Assembly: GCA_047514575.1 (NCBI GenBank)
Contig: JAKZYH010000040.1
Location: 1 to 47,674, forward strand
Length of the DNA stretch: 47,674 nt
Direction: 5' to 3'
Origin: Acidobacteriota bacterium
GTDB taxonomy: Bacteria > Acidobacteriota > UBA6911 > RPQK01 > JAJDTT01
How positions within the stretch are numbered: the first letter of the stretch is position 1; each line of letters begins with the position of its first letter. The translations under genes and the position numbers were made by a program. This document shows, one piece after another, positions 8,441-17,707 of this stretch. The notes under the pieces were generated by a model, which saw nothing but the letters and a program-made list of their open reading frames with translations, made no database searches and was not told the origin of the DNA.

Positions 8441-10144
8441 TTACTTCGAAATCCTGACGTTTCCCAGGTAGAGAACCTCGAGTCCACAGGAGTAAAACGT
8501 GCGGATGGCATCTTCTGGACTGCTCACAATGGGCTCTCCATTGAGGTTGAAACTGGTATTGAGAACAATGGGAACACCCGTCTTCTTCTCGAAGGAGTCG
8601 ATCAGCAGGTAGAAGCGGGATGACGAATCAGCCTCAACGGTCTGAAGTCGTCCGCTGCCGTCGACATGAACCACCGCCGGCACCTCGGCCCGTTTCTCCT
8701 CACGAAACGGCAAGACCTGTTCCATGAATGGGACTCGTGTCTCGGGACCGCATTCGAAATACTCGGAGACGCGCTCCTGCAGAATCGCGGGAGCGAATGG
8801 GCGGTAACCTTCCCGATATTTGACAGCGGCGTTGACGGTGTCCTTGGTGCCGGGCAGGCGCGGATCAGCCAATATGGAACGATTCCCCAACGCACGCTGA
8901 CCAAATTCTTCCCTTCCCTGAAACCAACCGATGAGTCGCCCGTCTGCGAGGTCCCCGGCTGCCCGCTGCGATGGATCGTCACACCGCTCGACATTGGGAA
9001 GCTTATATCGAGACACCGCCTCCCAACATTCTTCATCCGAAAACTCGATCCCCCAATAGTTGTCGTGGGGAACCTGCATTGCCCTGCTTCCCGTTCGCTT
9101 GCTGTGTAGATAGAGGGCCGCGCCAATCGAAGTGCCGGAGTCGTCGGGACAGCTCCCAATGAAGTGTTCACGAAAAGGAGTCAGCTGTGAGAGTTTTCCG
9201 TTGAACACACTGTTCATAAAACAGCCACCGCTTACCACCAATCGATCGAGCCCGGTTTGCTGGTGGAGCCTCGTCAAGATCTCGCCGGCCGTTTCCTCGA
9301 ATACCAGCTGTGCTGCGGCAGCAATCCTATTGTGCCGCTCGCTAAGTGGTTCATCCCCAGCACGAGGACTGCCAAAGCGCTCTTCGAAACGGTCTGAATA
9401 GAGCCTTCGATCCCAGAAGTTGAAGTGCTCGAAATACTCGAGCGCCAAGCTGAATCCCCCACGCTCGTCTGTCGACACCAGCTCTCTCATAGGCAGATAG
9501 AACTCATTATCGCCCTGAGCAAACGACGCAAGTGCCATCACCTTCCATCCGTCCCCGTCCGGCTTATACCCGAGAAACTGGGTCACTGCTCCATAAAAGA
9601 GACCAAGCGAATGAGGAAACATGACTTCGTGGAGCAGCTCGATATCGGTCCCGTTGACGTGCGCCAGGAGACCGGTATGTTTCTCGCCTCGGCCGTCGAG
9701 GGTCAGGACTGCGCAGCGCTCGAATGGGCTCAGAAACACCGCATTGCCCAGGTGGGCAAAATAGTGATCTACAAAGGTAATGGGAGGGCCGTCCTCCCAA
9801 AGGCCCTGTAGACTCATCAGGTCAGCTCCACTCTTGCCCGCGATGGATAGCAGGCGCGCTGGAACCTGTACCATGTGCTCAACCCGCCAGCGTCGGCTGT
9901 TTACAAAACCTGCAAGAGTCGTTTCGAGCTCAATCGCTGGATTCCAGGCCACCGCGATCTCATCGATGTCGTCGATGCGAAGATCCACTTCCTGGAGGCA
10001 TCGCTCGATGGCACGAACGGGAAAAACGCCGCTCTGCTTTACTCGATCAAGTCGTTCTTCTGGGATGGCAACTTCCACCTTGCCGTCGATCACCACACAG
10101 GCGGAACAGATGAATACGTCGTGACAGATACCCAGAATCTTCAT
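8441..10144 (-). CDS. carbamoyltransferase (NodU/CmcH family)
   Basis: 567 aa. The start MKILGI.H and the order of motifs (..DGRGE.., ..VVSGGCFMNSV.N.., C-terminal ..VHVDGSGR.QTV.. and ..PIVLNTSFN..GEPIV) are typical of the NodU/CmcH family. Confidence 0.9.
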   Translation of the reverse strand: MKILGICHDVFICSACVVIDGKVEVAIPEERLDRVKQSGVFPVRAIERCLQEVDLRIDDIDEIAVAWNPAIELETTLAGFVNSRRWRVEHMVQVPARLLSIAGKSGADLMSLQGLWEDGPPITFVDHYFAHLGNAVFLSPFERCAVLTLDGRGEKHTGLLAHVNGTDIELLHEVMFPHSLGLFYGAVTQFLGYKPDGDGWKVMALASFAQGDNEFYLPMRELVSTDERGGFSLALEYFEHFNFWDRRLYSDRFEERFGSPRAGDEPLSERHNRIAAAAQLVFEETAGEILTRLHQQTGLDRLVVSGGCFMNSVFNGKLSQLTPFREHFIGSCPDDSGTSIGAALYLHSKRTGSRAMQVPHDNYWGIEFSDEECWEAVSRYKLPNVERCDDPSQRAAGDLADGRLIGWFQGREEFGQRALGNRSILADPRLPGTKDTVNAAVKYREGYRPFAPAILQERVSEYFECGPETRVPFMEQVLPFREEKRAEVPAVVHVDGSGRLQTVEADSSSRFYLLIDSFEKKTGVPIVLNTSFNLNGEPIVSSPEDAIRTFYSCGLEVLYLGNVRISK

Positions 10145-10230
10145 GCTTGGCCTATCCCGAAAAAGCCCTCTCCAAAGCGTGCTTCACCATTATCTCCTCA
10201 AGCCTGACAAGTTCTTGCTCTTGTGCTCTC

Positions 10231-11640
10231 CTACGCTCGAGCCGAGGCTGGGTCTTGCGCAAATGCAGCTACTCTCTCAGCAGTTCGCTTTGCAGTCTGG
10301 ATACAGTCTGGTATGCCAACTCCTCCGACAAAGGCGCCAGTGAGGAAGAGTCCGGGAGTTTGATCCAAAGCCCTCTCTAAGTCTTCAATTCTCTGACCAT
10401 GCCCCACGACGAATTGTGGCATGACGCGAGTGTTATGAAACACTCGCTCCAAGATGGGTGTACAGGTGACTCCTAGCAGGCGTCTCACTTCGTCGTGAGC
10501 CATCGAAGCAGCTTGCTCATCCGAGAGCTCCCTTCGGGTCATTCTCCCATCGTGGGTAACACAGCGCAGGAGGACCGCGTCTGGCGGACATCTTGCCTCG
10601 AACTTGCTGCTAACCCAGGTGCAAGCGTCGACAACTCGAGCCTCGCTGGCCGGTGCGATAAACCCAAAGCCGTCGAGAGGATGGGAGAACTCCGAGCGTT
10701 TGTAGGCGAGGTAGACAATCCTGCTGGAGGTATAGGGAACCTCGCGTAAGAGTCGACTGGCGGCGGGGTTCGCATCTCCCAGGATCTCTGCGCTGGCGAC
10801 GGCCGGCGTAGCGAGAATCAGCAGATCGAAGACTTCGTCGAAACCAGGTGCTCCCAAGCGGAAGGCCGCGGACCCAGAGGAAAGGCGAAGATCGACAATG
10901 CTGAGTAGGATCTCGACCTCCTCAAGGCTGCTTACCAGGGGGTCAAGCAGCTCCTGCATGCCCCCACGAAGGGTCAGAAAGAGTGGAGACGAGCTGGATG
11001 AGGATTCAGATCCGTTCTGGCGAAAGCCCCTCCAGAGACTGCCGAACTTCTGCTCAAGCTGGTAGAGAAGAGGAAGCGCGCTAGGGGTACTCAAACGTCC
11101 TATGTCTCCGCCGTAGATCGCCGCTACCAGCGGCTCGGCTACCCTGTTGGTAAACTCCCTTCCCAGCCGTCGCTCAAAAAAGGAGCGAATGCTGGGATCG
11201 CCGTGGCTGCGACCGACCAGGGGTTCCAACAAGGCTCTCAACTTGCCTGCTCTGCTCAGAGAAGCCGTCGACCAGAATGTCTTCAGGTTGACTGGAGCGA
11301 GAAAAGCCATACCTTCGGGCAGGGGTTGAAGGGCCTCTCGACCCACCACATAGGTTCGGCGGCGCTCGTCTTTGGAACCAATCAGGTGCTCTGCAAGACC
11401 TAGCTGCTGCACCAGCTCACGTGCTGCCGGCTTGTAGCTCACGAAGGCCTCAGGCCCCCACTCCAAAAGGCAGTTTCCGATCCTCTCCGATCGGATGACG
11501 CCTCCGAGACGATCCGACCGCTCCAGCAGGCTGATTTCAACCTCAAGGGACTTCTCAAGGCACTCTTGGAGCAGGAAGTAGGCGCTGGTGAGGCCTGAAA
11601 TCCCCCCCCCTACTATCGCAATCTTGAGACGTCTAGCCAT
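10231..11640 (-). CDS. hemY: protoporphyrinogen/coproporphyrinogen III oxidase (HemY-type FAD oxidase)
   Basis: Motifs are the dinucleotide fold IAIVGGGISGLTSAY, SDRLGG, EPLVAAIYGGD...LS, LRGGMQEL, and C-terminal GLFLTGAFVGGVGIPDCI. Confidence 0.8.
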   Translation of the reverse strand: MARRLKIAIVGGGISGLTSAYFLLQECLEKSLEVEISLLERSDRLGGVIRSERIGNCLLEWGPEAFVSYKPAARELVQQLGLAEHLIGSKDERRRTYVVGREALQPLPEGMAFLAPVNLKTFWSTASLSRAGKLRALLEPLVGRSHGDPSIRSFFERRLGREFTNRVAEPLVAAIYGGDIGRLSTPSALPLLYQLEQKFGSLWRGFRQNGSESSSSSSPLFLTLRGGMQELLDPLVSSLEEVEILLSIVDLRLSSGSAAFRLGAPGFDEVFDLLILATPAVASAEILGDANPAASRLLREVPYTSSRIVYLAYKRSEFSHPLDGFGFIAPASEARVVDACTWVSSKFEARCPPDAVLLRCVTHDGRMTRRELSDEQAASMAHDEVRRLLGVTCTPILERVFHNTRVMPQFVVGHGQRIEDLERALDQTPGLFLTGAFVGGVGIPDCIQTAKRTAERVAAFAQDPASARA

Positions 11641-11732
11641 TGGTAGCCTTCTACTCCTTCATCCGAATGAGACGTTAACTTATTTGTATCTCAGAGCAGA
11701 TGCTAGCAGATAAACTCGTGCACGGGACAGCT

Positions 11733-11745
11733 CTGTATGATACAG
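11733..11745. promoter_or_regulatory. perfect 6-1-6 palindrome CTGTAT-G-ATACAG in the hemY/degT-like divergent intergenic region (candidate operator)
   Basis: The palindrome was read directly from the sequence. It lies 67 nt upstream of the aminotransferase start and 93 nt upstream of the hemY start. Confidence 0.25.
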
Positions 11746-11811
11746 GTACATTCGCGATAGGCGGCTTGGATGAACCTCACCGCGAGTTGCGTTTCAGTGT
11801 GAAGAACGGCT

Positions 11812-12972
11812 GTGAAAAGGGAAGCAAGAATCTATCTATCTCCGCCCCACCTGGCCGGCGATGAAGGGCAGATGGTACAGCGGGTTCTTGACTCCAACTG
11901 GATTGCTCCCTTCGGACCTGAAGTACGTGCCTTCGAGGCTGAGTTCGCGGAGTTGGTGGGTGTCCGCCATGCACTGGCAGTCTCGTCGGGAACAGCTGCA
12001 TTGCACCTTGCCCTGCGACTGGCGGGAGTCAAGCCGGGAGATCATGTCCTCTGCTCGACGCTCACATTTATCGCCAGCGCCAATCCGATCGTCTATCTGG
12101 GTGGGATCCCTGTTCTTATAGATTCCGAGCCCGATTCGTGGAATATCGACCCCGATCTGGTGGAGGCTGAACTTGAGGAGCGGGCCAGGCTCGGGGCACT
12201 ACCCAAGGCGATGGTGGTCGTCGATGTGTTCGGACAAAGCGCTGACTACGATCGGCTTTTGAGCATCTGCGAGCGATACGAGGTCAAAGTCGTTGAAGAT
12301 GCTGCCGAGGCTTTGGGCGCTACCTACAAGGGAAGGCCGGTAGGCTCCCTGGGTCAGTTCGGAGCTTTCTCGTTCAACGCCAACAAGATCGTTTCCACAT
12401 CGCAGGGTGGTATGTTGGTCTCCAAGGACTCCGAGCTCATTGAGGCAGCAAGTTTTCTGGCGTCACAGGCCAAGGATCCGGCCGCTCACTACCAACACTC
12501 CACGGCTGGATACAACTACACCATGAGCAGCGTGCTTGCGGCGGTTGGCAGAGCTCAGCTCAAAGTGCTACCCGACCGAATTGAATCCCGCAGAAGCAAT
12601 TTCATTCGCTACCGAGAGCAATTGGGCCACTTGCCGGGAATTGGCTTCATGCCCGAAGCAGCCTATGGTCGGTCTACGCGATGGTTAACTTGTATTACCG
12701 TCGATCCGCAGCAGGCGGGGACCACCAGGGAGGAGATCCGCAGGGCGCTCGATCTTGCCGGAATTGAGTCCCGGCCGATCTGGAAACCGCTTCATCTTCA
12801 GCCCGTCTTCGAGCACTGCCCAGGCCGGGGAGGCCGGATTTCCGAGGGCATTTTCGAGCGCGGTCTGTGCCTCCCAAGCGGTTCCAATCTGACACCCCAA
12901 GACATCGATCGGGTTTGCCAGGCGATCTCTGAGGTGTGCGAAGGCGTCGTGGGCCTGACTACGAATCCGTAG
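11812..12972 (+). CDS. DegT/DnrJ/EryC1/StrS-family PLP-dependent sugar aminotransferase
   Basis: The N-terminus ..LSPPHLAGDE.., VSSGTAALHLAL, a D-A-A-E-A-L-G segment and the lysine motif FSFNANKIV are all present. Confidence 0.9.
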   Translation: MKREARIYLSPPHLAGDEGQMVQRVLDSNWIAPFGPEVRAFEAEFAELVGVRHALAVSSGTAALHLALRLAGVKPGDHVLCSTLTFIASANPIVYLGGIPVLIDSEPDSWNIDPDLVEAELEERARLGALPKAMVVVDVFGQSADYDRLLSICERYEVKVVEDAAEALGATYKGRPVGSLGQFGAFSFNANKIVSTSQGGMLVSKDSELIEAASFLASQAKDPAAHYQHSTAGYNYTMSSVLAAVGRAQLKVLPDRIESRRSNFIRYREQLGHLPGIGFMPEAAYGRSTRWLTCITVDPQQAGTTREEIRRALDLAGIESRPIWKPLHLQPVFEHCPGRGGRISEGIFERGLCLPSGSNLTPQDIDRVCQAISEVCEGVVGLTTNP

Positions 12973-15919
12973 GGGTCTTCTCGCGAGGGTCCTTTCGGCG
13001 ATCTTTCTGAGATGAGTCGGTTTCGGCCTCCCTATCCAACGGTTCCCCCAGGACCTCCTCAGGGGATTTCTCGATCACCGGCCGAAGCGGCACCGCGATC
13101 ACCGACATGGGAGGCACTTTCAGGTTCTTGAACCAGAGGAATCCACCCTTGTTCAAGACACGCCGCCCATCCGGGTAGATAATGGTTGCGCCCTGCCTAT
13201 CCGCGTCTCGGCTGTACCCACCAGCATGATCGATATAATACTCGGCACCCTTACCCTCGAGATGGGCCATGGATATCTCGAACTGAACAGCACCCCGGAC
13301 TGCGACTACGTTCTCGAAGCGGGGAACGATGAGTTGGTCGGCGTCATCCAGGACCAGGTCCTGAGAGGATCCTGGATTGCCAAGAGCCTCTTCAAGATTG
13401 AAGGCGATTCGCTTTTGTTCAGGGGAATCGGGCTCGCTCTTGGAAGGGGGTGTCGCAAGGTCCTTTTTATCCTCTTCCTCCTGAACTAGCCGCAGCCTGT
13501 TCTCCAACGGAAGGATATCTGACTCGATCTGGCGCATCAGCCTTGCAGCCTGAGGCGCCGCTTGCTCCTTCAAGCCTCCGGCCCATTGAATCAAGTCCGA
13601 AATACGGTTTATGCCCTCACGTAAGACATAGCGGCCCGGGACTCGTACTTCGCCCCTGATCTCAACCACATCCTGGAGATCAAAATCAGGATGCTTGCGG
13701 ACCGTGATCCTATCGTTGCTCTTGAGTGGGATTCCGGTCGGCCCGTCATTGTTGAAATACTGGTCTGTGATTTCAACTGGGACGATTTCTCTTTTGACGG
13801 AGGGATTACCTTGCATGTCGAGCCTCGATATCTCGGCCCGAGCGTAGGCACCCTCCAAGAGCCCTCCCGCTTGCAACAGGAGATCGGCGAGGGTCATGTT
13901 GCTGATAAGCTCATACACTCCGGGTTTCTTGACGAAGCCATCGATCGCTACCATTCGTCTGAGAGCAAGATCCTTCGCAGCATAGATAATCACCTCATCA
14001 TCTGCCTGGAGAGGTTGGTCTTCGGAGTCATCCCCTAGCAGCAGCGCTCCAAGGTTGAAACCTATCAGAGTACGCTCCAGTTTCGAACCTCGGCGAACCC
14101 AGCGTTTCAGGTTGCCCCGTGCCAGAAACGTCGACTGACGGAACTGCCTGTCCTGAAACCCCCCGGCTACATCCAGGAGGTCATAAATAGTCATCCCCTG
14201 AAAAAGCGGATGCTGGCCCGGCCGCTTGACATGACCGGAGAGAGTCACTTTATGTTGAACGGCCGAAATCTCGTCGACCGAATAGATCATGATTTCGTCG
14301 AGATCCTGCAATTCGTGATTTTCTTCGGGCGCGCCGTCTATCAGACGCTCAAGGTTGAACTTGAAGAACTTTCGGCTGCCATCAAGTGATCGACGGCGTA
14401 TATCGCCCCGCGACCTGTAGGTCTTATTCCAGTGGTTTGGGTCCTGGAAACCACCCTTGGCGAAGAGGAGGTCGTAGAGCCGCATTCCACGATAGAGATC
14501 GTACTGACCGGGGAGTTTTACATGCCCGGAAAGATTGACCACACCCTCCGAACCCTCGATCTCCGGAACCGTGTAGACCACCAGCCGATCCAAGGGCTCC
14601 AAGACCAGGTCGTAGTCGAGTTCGCCTTTGACGACACGACTCAGATCGACCTTTTGGTAGGAGCGTTTTTGCCCTCGGGAAGTGCGAACAAGATCAGCCC
14701 GTTGCAAGTATGCCTGCCTGGTCAGATCTCCTGCCTCCCTGATCAGGTCTGAGATTCTCATCCCGGTACGCAACTGGTACTCACCAGGCAAGGACACACC
14801 CTCGCCCTCGACGCTGACATAGTCATCGCGAACCTGACGGATCGAGAAGATTTTGACGACATCTTGATCCTTCAGCTCTTGATCACGAGCGGTATCCAGC
14901 AACTCCTTGAGAGGGAAATCGAGGGTTACCAGACCCTGGTTCATCTCTGTTCGCAAAACTAGAGCCTTCTCGAGACTAGCTCCTGGTTTGAGGTCGCCAG
15001 CCATCTTGAGGAGGCGGAGCAAGCCTTCGTCGTCCTTCAGCTCATATCGTCCCGGCCTTCGGACCTCTCCCTGGATGGAGACCTCCTTGACCTTGAGGGG
15101 GACGAATACCACGTCGCCGTTCTGGACCTGGATGTGGCTCTGGTCCAGGTCCCCGGTGAGAAGAAACCTGTAGAAGTCCACCACGAGTGACCGGCCCGCC
15201 CTTCGGATCTTCACCCGGCGGATCGAGGCACCCTCCTTCACTCCATCGGCCATAGCCAGAGCGTAGATGAGGTTCGAACGTGAGGGATACAGCGAATAGC
15301 TCCCCGGCCTATTCACTTCTCCTTGCACCAGAAAGCGGATCTCCTGGAGCTTGGTCGGAGTCAGCTCAATACGCGATACACTCCTGGAGGGGTCGTCAAA
15401 ATCAATAAAGCTCGAGTAGACTTCCGACAGTGCTTGTGTAATCTTGTCGCGGGCCTGAGCCAGAGTGAGCCCACCCAGATACACCCGTCCCAGTTTGCCC
15501 TCTTCGATACTGACGTAGTGGTCAGATGAGACGACGAGACTATGATCGGAGTTCTGCTCTTTGCCCCAGATCTGCAAAAGAAGTTCATCCCTGGGAGAAA
15601 CGAAATAGGTCTCAGGATCGATTGGCCCGGGAGTCAGGTTGGAGACATCGAGGCGAAAGAGCTGGTGCCCGAATAGTGGAAGCTCCTTTCGCCGTACACT
15701 GATCTCGACGGCGAGTTCTCCCTCGGGAGGAACCGTCGAGTCGTCCTCGATTCCTTTCTCTCCCGATTCGGCTTGTTGCTGGACTACGGGCGCCTCTTCC
15801 TGGACTACGGGCGCCTCTTCAATGGGAAGTAATTCAGGTCTGGATACTGGCGAGTCTTGTGCCCAAAGAGACAAGCTTAGCGCCCACGTAACAACTAGTG
15901 CTAAGAATCGCCAATGCAT
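12959..15919 (-). CDS. polysaccharide export protein, Wza-like with multiple SLBB domains
   Basis: The ORF-track entry extends to 15982. I prefer the ATG at 15919, giving the signal peptide MHWRFLALVVTWALSLSLWAQ. A Poly_export-like LFGHQLF motif is followed by at least 6 repeats of the V.V.G.V..PG.Y.L (SLBB-like) module. Confidence 0.85.
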   Translation of the reverse strand: MHWRFLALVVTWALSLSLWAQDSPVSRPELLPIEEAPVVQEEAPVVQQQAESGEKGIEDDSTVPPEGELAVEISVRRKELPLFGHQLFRLDVSNLTPGPIDPETYFVSPRDELLLQIWGKEQNSDHSLVVSSDHYVSIEEGKLGRVYLGGLTLAQARDKITQALSEVYSSFIDFDDPSRSVSRIELTPTKLQEIRFLVQGEVNRPGSYSLYPSRSNLIYALAMADGVKEGASIRRVKIRRAGRSLVVDFYRFLLTGDLDQSHIQVQNGDVVFVPLKVKEVSIQGEVRRPGRYELKDDEGLLRLLKMAGDLKPGASLEKALVLRTEMNQGLVTLDFPLKELLDTARDQELKDQDVVKIFSIRQVRDDYVSVEGEGVSLPGEYQLRTGMRISDLIREAGDLTRQAYLQRADLVRTSRGQKRSYQKVDLSRVVKGELDYDLVLEPLDRLVVYTVPEIEGSEGVVNLSGHVKLPGQYDLYRGMRLYDLLFAKGGFQDPNHWNKTYRSRGDIRRRSLDGSRKFFKFNLERLIDGAPEENHELQDLDEIMIYSVDEISAVQHKVTLSGHVKRPGQHPLFQGMTIYDLLDVAGGFQDRQFRQSTFLARGNLKRWVRRGSKLERTLIGFNLGALLLGDDSEDQPLQADDEVIIYAAKDLALRRMVAIDGFVKKPGVYELISNMTLADLLLQAGGLLEGAYARAEISRLDMQGNPSVKREIVPVEITDQYFNNDGPTGIPLKSNDRITVRKHPDFDLQDVVEIRGEVRVPGRYVLREGINRISDLIQWAGGLKEQAAPQAARLMRQIESDILPLENRLRLVQEEEDKKDLATPPSKSEPDSPEQKRIAFNLEEALGNPGSSQDLVLDDADQLIVPRFENVVAVRGAVQFEISMAHLEGKGAEYYIDHAGGYSRDADRQGATIIYPDGRRVLNKGGFLWFKNLKVPPMSVIAVPLRPVIEKSPEEVLGEPLDREAETDSSQKDRRKDPREKTPTDS
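15779..15820. repeat. perfect 21-bp tandem duplication (2 copies) inside the exporter gene
   Basis: ctggactacgggcgcctcttc occurs at 15779-15799 and again at 15800-15820. It encodes EEAPVVQ twice in the post-signal-peptide linker. Confidence 0.95.
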
Positions 15920-16078
15920 AGCTTCTAGTCCTCGACGAAGATGTAATCCGTTCTTGCTAGGATAGTCTGTTAGCTTCCACAAAGGGTCTCGACACCTTTG
16001 TTCTCTGACGTGTTTTCACTACCATGAGGCCGTCCAGTAGTTGTTGGGATTGCCCTCTGGTCGGAGACAATCAGCGCC

Positions 16079-17197
16079 CTAAAGCGTTTCTGGTACAGCT
16101 CCCGATGCTCCTGAACTGGTGGCTCTCTTTCTAGCCTCCGGGAACTTCGTCATGAACTCCGCCACGAACGCCAGGACAATAGCCAGGAGGAACCCAGCAA
16201 AGCCGGCCAGAGTAACGTCGCTTCCAATATTCGGCGTATAGGGCTGGCGGGGCGGGTAGGCTTTCTCCAGCACGGAGATGGCGGGGGCTTCGATCTCCTC
16301 GGCGATCCGGGCCATAGCCTGCTCCTTTCGAAGTAGCACGAAAAGCTCACCTTGAAGCAACACCTCTCGTTCCAAACGGCCTAGCTGGGTCCGGAGTTTG
16401 ATCGACGAAAGGCGGTTGCGCTCCTGAAACTCCTCGAGTGCCTGCTCACCCTCCCCAAGCTCTCGCTGGGCAACCTCAAGCTGTGTGTCGATGAAATCGC
16501 TGCGGCTCCGCGCCTTTTTCGCCCGGATGCCCCGGTCAAAGTCCGAGACCAGGCTGATCAGGCGGTTGGCGATATCCGCTGCCAATTCCGGGCTATCAAA
16601 CGATACGGTGAGGGAAAGAAGGTTCGGAAAGCTCGTCTGGCTACCTATCGCAATACACCCAGCAAGAATTGAACGTCCAGAATGGGTCCGATCCTCGAGT
16701 TCGCCTTCTTCGGTGAGGTAGTCTAGCAACGTCGTGGTTTCAACCGAACCAGGGACGCTAAACCGCTCCATCAGAAGAGGATTTAGAATTTCGGAGCTCA
16801 AAGCAACGCGCCTGTAGTAGTCTGCCGGATTCCTGAATGCCTGGTAAGGCTTATAGTCCCGTGCTCCCGCTATCGTGCCCCTGCCTGATTCCTCAACCAG
16901 GAATGCGGCGGAGGCCCGATACCTGGGTTCCTTCTGTTTCGAATAGAGAAAGGCAACAAGAGCTGACAAGGCACAGATCGCCAGAATCACCCAACGGCGT
17001 CTGAGAAGAACGTCCAGATAGGTGACGAAGGAAATCGAATCATGGTCGTTTCTGGGCGCGGACGTTGGCATGAGGACGTAGGCACCGGATGTGGGTATCC
17101 TGGGCTGCCCAGCTGGAGAATCCGAGGTTTCTCTCCACGAGCCGGCTGCTGCATCTGATTTGGGTCGTTCCTGACCCTCGGGACCAGGTTCCCCCAT
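16079..17197 (-). CDS. polysaccharide chain-length determinant (Wzz/PCP family, no kinase domain)
   Basis: A YLDVLLRRRWVILAICAL N-terminal TM is followed by a long coiled-coil region and a C-terminal TM (LAGFAGFLLAIVLAFVAEF). The start may instead be the internal ATG at 17071 (MPTSAPRND..). Confidence 0.75.
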   Translation of the reverse strand: MGEPGPEGQERPKSDAAAGSWRETSDSPAGQPRIPTSGAYVLMPTSAPRNDHDSISFVTYLDVLLRRRWVILAICALSALVAFLYSKQKEPRYRASAAFLVEESGRGTIAGARDYKPYQAFRNPADYYRRVALSSEILNPLLMERFSVPGSVETTTLLDYLTEEGELEDRTHSGRSILAGCIAIGSQTSFPNLLSLTVSFDSPELAADIANRLISLVSDFDRGIRAKKARSRSDFIDTQLEVAQRELGEGEQALEEFQERNRLSSIKLRTQLGRLEREVLLQGELFVLLRKEQAMARIAEEIEAPAISVLEKAYPPRQPYTPNIGSDVTLAGFAGFLLAIVLAFVAEFMTKFPEARKRATSSGASGAVPETL

Positions 17198-17204
17198 GAG
17201 CGCT

Positions 17205-17213
17205 ATTGTAGCA
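17205..17213 (-). promoter_or_regulatory. extended -10 element TGCTACAAT upstream of the Wzz-like gene
   Basis: The minus strand reads TGCTACAAT-agcgctc-ATG, so the hexamer ends 7 nt before the ATG at 17197. The 11-mer TGCTACAATAG recurs at 28608. Confidence 0.3.
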
Positions 17214-17707
17214 TGGGTTCCAGACGCCGCCCCTTTGGGGGCTGGTCTCTCCGTAAGGCCACACGGGGTCGAACCGTATCAGACGAGAGTCTGACTGGGC
17301 GAGAGAAAGCGCGAATTTGGCCTGCGAGCCGGCTTCCCGGACAACCAGCGGCTACGCCATCGTTCCGCAAAGTAGTGCGGGCAGACCTTGAATTCACCTC
17401 TCCGTTCGGGCAAGAATCTATAACTCCAGTCGAGCCAGCATGTCTTGGGCACTGGTGGACTGTGATGCTTGAATCGGTAGTGGATGAGCGAGCCATTCGG
17501 GCCCGAGGTCAAGGCGCGTTGACGTAGGCATCGCCAGGACTATGGCAGGGCGCAATGCAGAGATCGGACTCGAGGACCGCTCAGGCGCCAACGATTCAGG
17601 CGTTAGAGTCCAGTAATAACCAGTCTCAGCGAGGGTCGCAGGATCGACGAGGCTTGACCATCAGTTGAAGTACAGGTGTTCCTTTTTCTTCGGACGCGAA
17701 ATCCATC

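Noticed and set aside
10231-11640. The FAD oxidase as a glycan-pathway enzyme (for example a UDP-galactopyranose-mutase-like or amine-oxidase tailoring enzyme), because it sits inside the polysaccharide locus.
   Set aside because: Its motif order (GGGISGL, AIYGGD..LS, LRGGMQEL, C-terminal GVGIPDCI) fits HemY-type protoporphyrinogen/coproporphyrinogen oxidase. It is most simply a housekeeping gene embedded in the locus.
11733-11745. CTGTATGATACAG read as a LexA (SOS) box.
   Set aside because: The E. coli-type box is CTGT-N8-ACAG, whereas this is CTGT-N5-ACAG. It is kept only as a generic candidate operator at low confidence.
17254-17332. tRNA-like segment on the minus strand: a T-arm-like UACGG-UUCGACC-CCGUG plus a possible acceptor pairing AGGCCA/UGGCCU. 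It could have been a tRNA gene or an att-site remnant.
   Set aside because: No D-arm can be formed. The central hairpin has a 4-nt loop rather than a 7-nt anticodon loop, position 8 is not U, and the length is only about 68 nt. It is not a tRNA, and I cannot support the att-remnant idea without comparison data.
17279-17512. 77-aa minus-strand ORF in the wzz/neuB intergenic region (..LIHYRFKHHSPPVPKTCWLDWSYRFLPERRGEFKVCPHYFAERW..) that looked vaguely like a transposase or integrase N-terminus.
   Set aside because: I could not match it to any family motif. All three frames on both strands give similar-length ORFs here, which suggests non-coding DNA.
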